A DNA stretch of 41,641 nucleotides from a virus, in the IMG/VR virus record IMGVR_UViG_3300042564_003163; one strand, written 5' to 3'. A program made the position numbers and the translations under genes. Shown piece by piece: positions 1 to 8,028 of this stretch. Numbering within the stretch: the first letter of the stretch is position 1; every line of letters starts with the position of its first letter. The notes beneath the pieces are model-generated. The model did not search any database and was not told the origin of the DNA. It saw nothing but the letters and a program-made list of their open reading frames with translations.

Positions 1-127
1 AAATGATATTTACAGTTAGACACCTCATCGAAATCGCAGACAAAGCTCAAAAAGCAATTGCGCAAGGTGAACTAAGGCCGACAGACGAGGTGTATTTATC
101 TCTCGAAGTGACCGATGACAATGACGA
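1..127. repeat. Terminal overlap, identical to 41515-41641 (circularisation overlap or terminal redundancy)
   Basis: Direct comparison of the two window ends. The ORF at 3..263 has its Shine-Dalgarno (aaggggg, 41504-41510) only at the other end. Confidence 0.95.
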
Positions 128-263
128 AAGCACCTTTGAACATAGGGTGCATGGTGGGGAGCTGATACAAGCTGGTCTTGTTAGCACACTAGATGGTCAG
201 TATGTGCATATTCAAATCATGGGCGAGCCTAATTTCAACATTTTAGCAAGGGGTGAGAAATGA
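3..263 (+). CDS. Hypothetical protein (86 aa), early low-GC block
   Basis: ORF with an RBS across the circular junction. Its stop overlaps the next start (ATGA at 260-263). Confidence 0.6.
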   Translation: MIFTVRHLIEIADKAQKAIAQGELRPTDEVYLSLEVTDDNDESTFEHRVHGGELIQAGLVSTLDGQYVHIQIMGEPNFNILARGEK

Positions 264-562
264 CTGACACGACTGACCGTGAAAACCTGGAACTGGCCGC
301 GAAGGCTGCGGGGTATTGGAATTACACGTATAACTGTTACGAAGGTAAGATGTCTTGGAACCCGCTCGACGACAATAACGATTCGTTTCAATTGGCTGCC
401 AGACTGAAACTGCAAGTCGCTTTCGGTACTTTCACTGACTACGAGGCATCAGCCTATGAGTTCGGGAAACCGGCGGTTCATGTAGAAAACACTGACATAG
501 AAGCCGCTGCCAGAGAGGCAATTTTTCTCGCCGCGGTTGAGATTGGGAGGGGTATGAAATGA
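260..562 (+). CDS. Hypothetical protein (100 aa)
   Basis: ATGA-type overlaps with both neighbouring ORFs; ggtgag upstream of the start. Confidence 0.6.
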   Translation: MTDTTDRENLELAAKAAGYWNYTYNCYEGKMSWNPLDDNNDSFQLAARLKLQVAFGTFTDYEASAYEFGKPAVHVENTDIEAAAREAIFLAAVEIGRGMK

Positions 563-891
563 CTGACCGTGAGATTATGCAGCAAGCGCTGGAAGCGCTA
601 GATTACATCTCTCGTCGAGATTACGACGATACGCCATTGCATGACTACGAGCTTGCAAAAATGCGTCCAGCAATGTCAACTTTACGTGAGCGACTAGCGC
701 AGCCAGAGCCTGATCCGCTAATTAACCCCACCACCTGCACCTGGACACACGACGACGACGAAGGAAGCTGGGACGCTGAGTGTGGCGAGCGCTGGTCGAT
801 AACGGAAGGAACACCGGAAGAAAACAACTTCCGATTCTGCCCCGGATGCGGTCGCACCGTTAAAACCATTTTCGTGACGCCGCGAAAATGA
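559..891 (+). CDS. Hypothetical protein with a C-terminal zinc-ribbon-like Cys cluster (110 aa)
   Basis: gggagg RBS upstream. Four Cys, including FCPGCG near the C-terminus. Confidence 0.6.
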   Translation: MTDREIMQQALEALDYISRRDYDDTPLHDYELAKMRPAMSTLRERLAQPEPDPLINPTTCTWTHDDDEGSWDAECGERWSITEGTPEENNFRFCPGCGRTVKTIFVTPRK

Positions 892-941
892 TCAGAGGAA
901 TGAAATGACTAAACCCAAACGCAACGACCGCCGCAAAGCCC

Positions 942-1151
942 GTGAAAACAAACGATACCCGACCAGATAATTTTATGAACCACGCAGAACACTTATTGAA
1001 AATACAGGAAGCGGCAAAGCGCTTGCCTGATTTACTCGAAACAGGCAGGAAAGAACCGGCGGTGATGCTTCTGGCATCCACCATCATCGCAGCCGAGAAA
1101 CTGCTTACCGACTTGCTCGACCCCAGCGCAGCGAACGACACCGATATTTGA
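942..1151 (+). CDS. Hypothetical protein; start uncertain (alternative ATG at 975)
   Basis: ORF only, with no clear RBS. Confidence 0.3.
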   Translation: MKTNDTRPDNFMNHAEHLLKIQEAAKRLPDLLETGRKEPAVMLLASTIIAAEKLLTDLLDPSAANDTDI

Positions 1152-1191
1152 AATCGTTGCAGCGTGACTATCCGGCGTGTAGAATCGCCGG

Positions 1192-1569
1192 GTGGCAGCC
1201 AATCGTGAAACCCGGTCAGTACAAAACCCCGCACTACTCGCAGTCGGTGCCAGGCCGGATGTTCTCATCTGGCGCCAGCAAGCGGGGTTGTTTCGCGCCT
1301 ACGATGACCCCAGCCGGGTAGTCCGCGTAGGCCAGCCAGGCATGGCCGATGCCGGTGCTATCGTGGCCGTCACCATCACCACGGACATGGTTGGCAAGAC
1401 CATCGGCGTAGCAGTTCAGCCCGAATTCAAAACCACTCGCGGCCAGCAAAGCGAAGCGCAGAGAAGCTGGCAACACGCCGTCACTCAACGTGGCGGTATT
1501 TACCAGATCGTGCGCAATTCCCAAGACATGATCGACCTTGTGGCGCGAGTACAACGCGGGGACTGGTAG
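1192..1569 (+). CDS. VRR-NUC domain nuclease
   Basis: PD-(D/E)XK core of VRR-NUC type: GQPGMADAG....VQPEFKT...Q..W. Size about 125 aa. GTG start. Confidence 0.7.
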   Translation: MAANRETRSVQNPALLAVGARPDVLIWRQQAGLFRAYDDPSRVVRVGQPGMADAGAIVAVTITTDMVGKTIGVAVQPEFKTTRGQQSEAQRSWQHAVTQRGGIYQIVRNSQDMIDLVARVQRGDW

Positions 1570-1572
1570 CAC

Positions 1573-1600
1573 TTGCACTGCTTTGTGCATTTGCTATACT
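1573..1600 (+). promoter_or_regulatory. Candidate sigma70-like promoter (TTGCAC-16 nt-TATACT)
   Basis: Hexamers read in the intergenic region after the VRR-NUC gene. A 180-nt leader with two hairpins follows. Confidence 0.4.
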
Positions 1601-1780
1601 GTTTACGTTGTAACTATGGAGCGTCACAATCAGCCGATGTGACGTTGTGCAGTTCAGGACCAGGCCGGTTAGTCCATTCTGGAGCCTGCCAGCAAATTAG
1701 AGAAAGGACAAATAGGCTGTAACTACTAAGGAGAGCTGTACCGCCGCCCCGGCGGTTCCGGGGCACCACCAAGGAAAATA

Positions 1781-3355
1781 ATGAATCAATTCGAACTCGT
1801 GGACGATGAATCCACATTTTTTGCACCGGTATCTACCAGCGTTTTGGACTCACTGATCGGTCAATACGACGCCACCAAAGCCCGCATCCTGTCGCTGTCC
1901 GAAACGGTAACGGGCGAAGTCGCTGAGACCGTTCACTACTTTCTGGAGGCGGCCAAGGTGCGTGACCGACATCACAGCGCGCCATCGGTCAGCGAGCTAT
2001 TCAACGCACAACGCGCCGTCGCCGCACTCAATTCCGGTTACTGGAGCAAGGCGCTCCAGCTCACCGATGTGCTCGATTACATGCCCCAGGCGCGCCGTGA
2101 CGAGTGGCACAAAACCATCAGCGAACACAAAGCGCCGGAATTTACCGCCGAGACTGTCCGGGCAACGCTCACGGACTTGCTGAGCAAGCGCAGCCAGTTT
2201 CTGGCCGAGCGTGTCGATGGCATTTTTCGCAACCTGTCCGGTGAGCACGTGACTAACGCCCCGGAGGGCTTCGGCAGGCGTATGATCATCGGCTTCGTGC
2301 TCAACAGCTACTACAGCACGAACCATGGCCGCGCTGGATACATCAACGACCTGCGCGCGGTGATCGCCAAATTCATGGGACGCGACGAACCGAAGTGGAC
2401 AGCCACATCGAGCCTGATAGACACCCTGAAACGTAACTGGGGGCAATGGGTAACGGTTGACGGTGGCGCGCTACGGATGCGCTTGTACAAGAAAGGCACC
2501 GCGCACCTTGAAGTACACCCAGACATGGCCTGGCGTCTGAATTGTGTGCTCGCCCAGCTTTACCCGCTCGCCATTCCCAGCCAATTCAGGAAGCGCCCGG
2601 AGCGCAAGGCCAAGGCCGTGGCCGCGATCATGCGCCCGTTGCCGTTCGCCGTGATCAACCGGTTGTATGAGTTCAAGCGCGACAAATACAACAACAAGTG
2701 GTCATTCTGGCGCGCGGAGGTTGACAAACACGTCGAGCAGCAAGCGCGCCAGGTCATCGAGAGCATGGGCGGTGTCCGGGATAATGACTGCTACCACTTC
2801 GACTACGACCCCACCGATGTGCTCGATGAGATCATCAACAGCGGATGCGTACCCGACCACAAATCGCACCAGTATTACCCTACCCCACCAAGCCTGGCCA
2901 AGATCGCTGTAGAGCTGGCCGAGATCGGCGATACCCACACCGTGCTGGAGCCCAGCGCAGGCCAAGGCGGCCTAGCGGACATTCTGCCCGGTCACACCGT
3001 ATGCGTGGAGCTGAGCAAGCTGCACTGCAAGGTGCTTCAAGCCAAGGGCAAGACCTGCATCGAAGCTGATTTTCTAGCACACCAGTTTGCCGAGCGCTTC
3101 GACCGTATAGTGATGAACCCACCGTTCGACCAAGGCCGGTGGCAGGCGCACTTGGAACGCGCTGCCAGTCTGGTCAAGCCTGGTGGGCGGCTGGTAGCGA
3201 TCCTGCCATCTGGCGCCAAGAATCGGAGCCTTATTCTGGAACTGCCCGGCATGAACCTGGCCTGGCATGGTCCCTACGATAAGGAATTCCAAGGCACAGG
3301 TGTATCCGTAATCATTCTGGTGGCGCAAAATAATTACAGCCCCACAGGCCAGTGA
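1781..3355 (+). CDS. N6-adenine DNA methyltransferase with a large N-terminal domain of unknown function (possibly DUF4942-like)
   Basis: Motif I VLEPSAGQGGLA and motif IV IVMNPPF in the C-terminal 150 aa. RBS aaggaaaa upstream. Confidence 0.8.
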   Translation: MNQFELVDDESTFFAPVSTSVLDSLIGQYDATKARILSLSETVTGEVAETVHYFLEAAKVRDRHHSAPSVSELFNAQRAVAALNSGYWSKALQLTDVLDYMPQARRDEWHKTISEHKAPEFTAETVRATLTDLLSKRSQFLAERVDGIFRNLSGEHVTNAPEGFGRRMIIGFVLNSYYSTNHGRAGYINDLRAVIAKFMGRDEPKWTATSSLIDTLKRNWGQWVTVDGGALRMRLYKKGTAHLEVHPDMAWRLNCVLAQLYPLAIPSQFRKRPERKAKAVAAIMRPLPFAVINRLYEFKRDKYNNKWSFWRAEVDKHVEQQARQVIESMGGVRDNDCYHFDYDPTDVLDEIINSGCVPDHKSHQYYPTPPSLAKIAVELAEIGDTHTVLEPSAGQGGLADILPGHTVCVELSKLHCKVLQAKGKTCIEADFLAHQFAERFDRIVMNPPFDQGRWQAHLERAASLVKPGGRLVAILPSGAKNRSLILELPGMNLAWHGPYDKEFQGTGVSVIILVAQNNYSPTGQ

Positions 3356-3585
3356 TTACAACGTATAATTACTTCATGACTGATTCTAAACAACGACAGG
3401 ACGAACTCAGGCAAATCCTTACCGGATTACCTGAGCCTACGAACATCGCCAGGATGCGCAGGATCGCTGAGATACTGCACATCCGCGAGGGAACGGTGCG
3501 CGGCTGGCTTCTCAAAGACCCACACCGGCACATCCCGGCCAGGCAGTTGGGGATGCTCAAGGACGCACTGCGTAAGAAGTCCTGA
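3352..3585 (+). CDS. Hypothetical small protein, possible HTH; start uncertain (ATG at 3376)
   Basis: ORF overlapping the methyltransferase stop. IAEILHIREGTVRGWL resembles an HTH. Confidence 0.45.
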   Translation: MITTYNYFMTDSKQRQDELRQILTGLPEPTNIARMRRIAEILHIREGTVRGWLLKDPHRHIPARQLGMLKDALRKKS

Positions 3586-3657
3586 CCAATCTATTCACCC
3601 CTGCTTACTGGGCGCGGCTGGGGTGTTTTCATGTGTAGCGCTCGGAGAGGGTTTTAT

Positions 3658-3906
3658 ATGGAAATCAGAGCTAGGGAGCAGTGGCGCATCGAGCGCCTGG
3701 AAAAAGCCTTTAGGATCGTGTGCTCGATCCTGCACCTCGATGCAGCGCAGATGCACGCGCTGGTCAATTCAACCGATGACCGGAGCGGCAAGCTGGTGGT
3801 GGTCTGGAATCATCCGACCACCGACGCGCAAGTCCGTGCCTGGTCTGTCGCATGGGAGCTTTGCGGGGAACATGCCGGCAATGCAATTCACCACGTCCTT
3901 GCGTGA
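3658..3906 (+). CDS. Hypothetical protein (82 aa)
   Basis: ATG preceded by ggagaggg. Lies directly upstream of the primase gene. Confidence 0.5.
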   Translation: MEIRAREQWRIERLEKAFRIVCSILHLDAAQMHALVNSTDDRSGKLVVVWNHPTTDAQVRAWSVAWELCGEHAGNAIHHVLA

Positions 3907-3912
3907 GGGCGT

Positions 3913-6168
3913 ATGCATATCCACGACATCATCGAACAATTCCGCGCCGCCATGGCGCAGGCCGGTCTTAAATTCACTGGCGAGATCAAACCGGACGCGC
4001 AAAAAATCCAGCGATTCAGCGTAGATGAAGACCGCCGAAGCGCACTCACCGGCTGGTACATTCTCTACACCGATGGCATCCCCGCTGGCGAATTCGGATG
4101 CTGGAAGCGCGGCATTCAGTTAACGTGGTGCGCGAAGTCGCCTGCCGAGATCACACCCGCCGAGCGCGAAGCTATCGAGCAGCGCAGGCGCAAAAATGAG
4201 GAATACCGCAGGGCAATTCAGGACGAAGCGCACAAAGCCGCCGCCGAGTTGGCAGGTATCATGTGGGACGCTGCCGAGCCCTGCACCACTCACCCGTACC
4301 TGACCCGCAAGGGCATTCAGTCGCACGGCCTGCGCACCGCCACATGGCGCAAGACGACCCCCAACGGCGAGGTAGTCGTTGAGAATGCCTTGCTGGTGCC
4401 CGTGCGTGACGGCAGGAAAATTGTCAGTCTGCAAGCGATCCTGCCATCACGTGAGCCTGCCCTAGACCGCGACAAGGATTTTCTGCCCGGTGGCAAAAAG
4501 CGCGGCTGTTTCTACCCTATCGGCAAACCCGCCGAGGACGATCAGCAGCCTACTATCTACATCGGCGAAGGGTATGCCACCTGCGCCAGTATCCACGAAG
4601 CCACCGGCTGCCCGGCCATCGTGGCGTTCGATGCAGGCAACCTGCCATCAGTCGCCGAGCGCATTCGCGCCAAATTCCCGACCGCCAAGATCGTCATCGC
4701 TGCCGACAACGACCGCTGGACTGTACCCACACCCGACAAGCCCAACACAATCGAGAACCCTGGCGTTCACTACGCCACACGCGCCGCGCGTGAAATCGGC
4801 GCTGCCTTGGTGATACCGGACTTCAAAAACCTCGACAGCAAGCCGACCGATTTCAACGACCTCCACAATCTGGAGGGCATCGAAGCGGTGCGACAGTTTT
4901 TGTCACCCCAGCCAGCGAACGACAACGTACCGGCTGAGCGCCCTGCGACACCCCCCGCCGCCATTGACTGGTTCAGCCCGTTCCCGGACATCAACGGCAA
5001 AGGCAAGCCTATTGCGACCATCGAGAACATCGAGGAAGCGCGCCGCCGGTTGGGCGTGGTGGTGCGATACAACGTGATCCGCAAAGACCTCGAATTGCTT
5101 ATCCCGAACGCATCGTTCAGCATCGACAACAAGGCCAACGCTTCGCTGGCGTGGTTCGAGAGCGCCTGCAACCGCTTCCAGATTCCAGTCGGTTCGTTGC
5201 AGGGCTTTCTGGGCTATCTTGGCGATCAAAACCAATACAACCCGGTGGCCGTCTGGATCCAGAGCAAGCCATGGGACGGCACCAGCAGGCTTCGGGATTT
5301 TTACAACACCATCCATGCCGATGGCGAGACTCACGACGAGCGCATCCTTGAGCTCAAGATCGCCATGATGCAGCGCTGGATGATCAGCGCAGTCGCTGCC
5401 GTATTCCGACCGACCGGCGTATCAGCGCATGGCGTGCTGGTACTCCAGGGCGATCAATATCTGGGCAAGACGAAGTGGTTCAAATCCCTAGCACCGGCTG
5501 ACTTGGGCGTGATCGCCGATGGCCTGACTCTGCGACCAGACGACAAGGACAGCGTAAAAACCGTGCTTTCTAACTGGATTGTGGAGCTAGGCGAGCTGGA
5601 TGCAACGTTCCGCAAATCCGACATCGCCCAGCTCAAATCATTCCTGACCCGTGACCGCGACAGCCTGCGCAGGCCGTATGCGAAGCTAGAGAGCGAATAC
5701 GCCAGGCGGACGGTATTCTTCGCCAGTGTGAACCCTCGCCAGTTCCTGCATGACCCGACCGGCAACCGCAGATATTGGACAATATCGTGTAAATCCATCG
5801 ACCACGATCATTCGCTGGATATGCAGCAAATCTGGGCTGAAGTCTATGAAGCCCTGTACCTCAAGGGCGAGACGTGGTTTTTATCGCCCGTCGAGATGGC
5901 CATGCTCAATGATCATAATAAGACGCATGAGGTGCTAGACCCCATACGTGAGCGCTTGCAAACACGGCTGGATTGGGAGGCGCATGAGTCTATGTGGCGT
6001 TGGATGACGGCCACCGACATCATGAACGAGCTGGGCTTCGACCGCCCCACCAGATCGGATGTGACCCAAGCCGGGCAGATCGTGCAGGAACTGAATGGAG
6101 GGCAACATAGGCGAAGCAACGGCAAATCTCAGGCCAGGGTGCCGCCTCCAATTTCCCAGCATTTTTGA
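3913..6168 (+). CDS. Primase-helicase: TraC/P4-alpha-like Toprim primase fused to a VirE-family P-loop domain
   Basis: Toprim signature IYIGEGYATCAS...IAADNDRW. P-loop GDQYLGKTKW in the C-terminal half. 751 aa. Confidence 0.8.
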   Translation: MHIHDIIEQFRAAMAQAGLKFTGEIKPDAQKIQRFSVDEDRRSALTGWYILYTDGIPAGEFGCWKRGIQLTWCAKSPAEITPAEREAIEQRRRKNEEYRRAIQDEAHKAAAELAGIMWDAAEPCTTHPYLTRKGIQSHGLRTATWRKTTPNGEVVVENALLVPVRDGRKIVSLQAILPSREPALDRDKDFLPGGKKRGCFYPIGKPAEDDQQPTIYIGEGYATCASIHEATGCPAIVAFDAGNLPSVAERIRAKFPTAKIVIAADNDRWTVPTPDKPNTIENPGVHYATRAAREIGAALVIPDFKNLDSKPTDFNDLHNLEGIEAVRQFLSPQPANDNVPAERPATPPAAIDWFSPFPDINGKGKPIATIENIEEARRRLGVVVRYNVIRKDLELLIPNASFSIDNKANASLAWFESACNRFQIPVGSLQGFLGYLGDQNQYNPVAVWIQSKPWDGTSRLRDFYNTIHADGETHDERILELKIAMMQRWMISAVAAVFRPTGVSAHGVLVLQGDQYLGKTKWFKSLAPADLGVIADGLTLRPDDKDSVKTVLSNWIVELGELDATFRKSDIAQLKSFLTRDRDSLRRPYAKLESEYARRTVFFASVNPRQFLHDPTGNRRYWTISCKSIDHDHSLDMQQIWAEVYEALYLKGETWFLSPVEMAMLNDHNKTHEVLDPIRERLQTRLDWEAHESMWRWMTATDIMNELGFDRPTRSDVTQAGQIVQELNGGQHRRSNGKSQARVPPPISQHF

Positions 6169-6171
6169 CCA

Positions 6172-6196
6172 AGCCCGCCGCGAGCGGGCTTTTTTT
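6172..6196 (+). terminator. Rho-independent terminator after the primase gene
   Basis: Stem agcccgc/gcgggct, a 5-nt loop, then a T7 run. Confidence 0.8.
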
Positions 6197-6237
6197 ATGT
6201 TATCCTCAGTGCACGATTAACTACACTAAGGAATACC

Positions 6238-6585
6238 ATGTTACCCTCTAAAGCCGTTTTTTTAGCCTGCATTGCTCAAGGAATAGACGAAGTTACAGCA
6301 GAAAAAGTCGTCTCATCTTTTCAACGCCTTGCCAATACAAAGCCAACGCACTCAACTGCAATTGAGGCTATGGCAAATCGGATACGCCAGCATTTCGATT
6401 TCACCCAACCCTTAAGCAAGCGCATGACAGCAAGTCAGGTATGGGCAGCAATTGATTCAGGACAGGCAACAATGGGCGATCTAACTTTGGTTGGGCATGC
6501 ACTTCCAAAATGCACCGGAAAACCTGGGTATCGCAGCAATGGTAAGGTAATTCATTTGCTTCCACCCCAGATAGGGCAACCATAG
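6238..6585 (+). CDS. Hypothetical protein (115 aa), low GC
   Basis: ORF with RBS taaggaa 5 nt upstream. Confidence 0.55.
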   Translation: MLPSKAVFLACIAQGIDEVTAEKVVSSFQRLANTKPTHSTAIEAMANRIRQHFDFTQPLSKRMTASQVWAAIDSGQATMGDLTLVGHALPKCTGKPGYRSNGKVIHLLPPQIGQP

Positions 6586-6775
6586 GTTGCACGTTGCACT
6601 GAGGTTGATGCACTGATTTTTTCCTTAATAATCATATACTTATACCTAAAGGTAAACCAGTGTATGTATGTAGTAATAAATAAGGGGGGTATAGGGAAAG
6701 GGTATAGGTAGAGGTATCAGGAGGGGGGTGGGGGGTAATATAGGCGACCTGATGCACTCGATGCACTGTTGCACT
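6586..6775 (+). repeat. Iteron-like array: 3 + 3 direct copies of G(A/T)TGCACT flanking an AT-rich stretch and a G-tract block
   Basis: Copies at 6586, 6593, 6607 and at 6751, 6760, 6768. AT-rich at 6616-6682. G6/G3 runs at 6684-6735. Confidence 0.7.
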
Positions 6776-6990
6776 GTCCTGCCCAATCCGGCCTGGTGGA
6801 AACAGGGCGCTACAGCGCGCCGAAATGCGCGGACATATCCAGACACCAACACGACCGCGAAAGCCCAGCCACGGGGCTGTATTCAAGCGGTATCGTGTAT
6901 AATTCAATTCATCGGGATAGGACGGCCATCCGAAAAGCAGCAAAGTCCACTGCCTTCCCGATATTTTCTCGGGCTATCGAAAGGACTTCG

Positions 6991-7770
6991 ATGGATATTC
7001 TTAAATCCTCAACTCTGCGAACTCGCCGTTATCGTGAGCGACTCAAGGCTAAAGGCGAACAAAACAAACGCGACTTAGCCAAAGAACGCGAAGCCAAGCG
7101 TCACAAATCAGCATTGTCCAAAGGCTTTGCATCATGGGACGAATATCAGGCATTTAAGGCGCAAACAAAAAAGCCGAAGCAATTACCAAAGAAACGAGTA
7201 ACCGGGCATGATGGTGTTTGCTGGTTATGGGAAAGGCCGGGCTTAAGTGCGGCAGAAAAATTTGCAAAGCGCTATAGTCTCGACCAGCAGTTTGCAGAAA
7301 ATCAGCGCCTTAGATCAATTGTTCAAAAAACAAAAAAACGCATTGAACTTGGAGTGGCTGTTTGCTGGTTATGGCAAAAGCCAGGTCTTACTGAATTGCA
7401 AAGGCATCATGTAAGAAAAAAACTTGATATGGATTATGCTGCAGCCAGTCGCATAAAAAACCAATGTCGCCAGCTATCCGCAGATTTAAGGGCGGCAATA
7501 AAAATGAAATCCGGTTCAAGGGCGTCGTTTCGTAATCTTGGATACACAGCGGCTCAGCTAAGACAGCATATTGAACGACAGTTTGTTGATGGAATGACGT
7601 GGGATGCATTCAATCAAGGGGATATACACATTGACCACATTATCCCAAAAGCGGCATTTGACCTTAGTGATTTTGAGCAGTGGCGCAAATGCTGGTGCAT
7701 GAGCAATCTAAGGCCATTGTGGGCAAAAGATAATGTATCCAAAGGCGCAGAGCTAATGTTTTTGGTTTGA
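6991..7770 (+). CDS. HNH endonuclease (free-standing, low-GC island)
   Basis: C-terminal HNH motif IHIDHIIPKAAF...NLRPLWAKDNVSKG. ATG at 6991 with RBS aagga. The upstream part of the 6769 ORF is judged non-coding. Confidence 0.75.
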   Translation: MDILKSSTLRTRRYRERLKAKGEQNKRDLAKEREAKRHKSALSKGFASWDEYQAFKAQTKKPKQLPKKRVTGHDGVCWLWERPGLSAAEKFAKRYSLDQQFAENQRLRSIVQKTKKRIELGVAVCWLWQKPGLTELQRHHVRKKLDMDYAAASRIKNQCRQLSADLRAAIKMKSGSRASFRNLGYTAAQLRQHIERQFVDGMTWDAFNQGDIHIDHIIPKAAFDLSDFEQWRKCWCMSNLRPLWAKDNVSKGAELMFLV

Positions 7771-7882
7771 GTGTTGTAGGTACCTCCAGAAACCCAGCCG
7801 CGCGGGTGACGCGCGACCCCGATCAAAAACTAGTGGGAGCTATTGAAAGTCTGTTTTGGATAGGCACAGGCTATTGCACGGT

Positions 7883-7926
7883 TTTGGAATATAGAACGCT
7901 TCCTATATTCCTATTTGGAATATAGG
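7883..7926. repeat. Three copies of GGAATATAG in alternating orientation (operator-like or cosB-like)
   Basis: ggaatatag at 7886-7894, its complement ctatattcc at 7903-7911, and ggaatatag at 7917-7925. Confidence 0.7.
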
Positions 7927-7962
7927 CAAATCGTTGCCAGAAAACGACAACATATTGCCAAG

Positions 7963-7991
7963 TTGTACAACGTAATAAACCAGCATACAAT
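7963..7991 (+). promoter_or_regulatory. Candidate promoter of the ParB-to-terminase operon (TTGTAC-17 nt-TACAAT)
   Basis: Hexamers with 17-nt spacing, 38 nt upstream of the 8029 start. Confidence 0.4.
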
Positions 7992-8028
7992 GCGACAACC
8001 TTGAGTTGTCACTGGAGCCGAAGCCCGT

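Noticed and set aside
1-127. Interpreting the 127-bp duplication as a physical direct terminal repeat
   Set aside because: It lies within a gene and its RBS, and the genome encodes a lambda GpA-type terminase. An assembly overlap is the simpler explanation, but this remains unverified without reads.
905-970. A 21-codon ORF (MTKPKRNDRRKARENKRYPTR) with a gaggaa RBS
   Set aside because: It is too short and too compositionally biased to support as a gene from sequence alone. It may instead indicate that the true start of the next ORF is misassigned.
1617-1700. Possible tRNA or small RNA in the VRR-NUC/methyltransferase intergenic region (GTTCAGGAC resembles a T-loop; a ...GCCTGCCA 3' end)
   Set aside because: No 7-bp acceptor stem complementary to the putative 3' end exists at the right distance upstream, and no cloverleaf can be drawn. 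I treat it as a structured mRNA leader instead.
6684-6735. A canonical intramolecular G-quadruplex call for the G-runs
   Set aside because: The runs are G6, G3, G3, then a 20-nt gap, then G6-T-G6. Loop lengths do not fit the strict G3+N1-7 x4 rule without splitting runs. I therefore note it only as G-rich non-B potential within the origin-like finding.
6632-7078. ORFs 6632..6943(-), 6646..6852(-) and 6728..7078(+), plus the 5' extension of the 6769 ORF
   Set aside because: They run through the iteron, G-tract and AT-rich region and yield low-complexity Gly/Pro/Tyr/Leu peptides without an RBS. The HNH gene has a good RBS and ATG at 6991.
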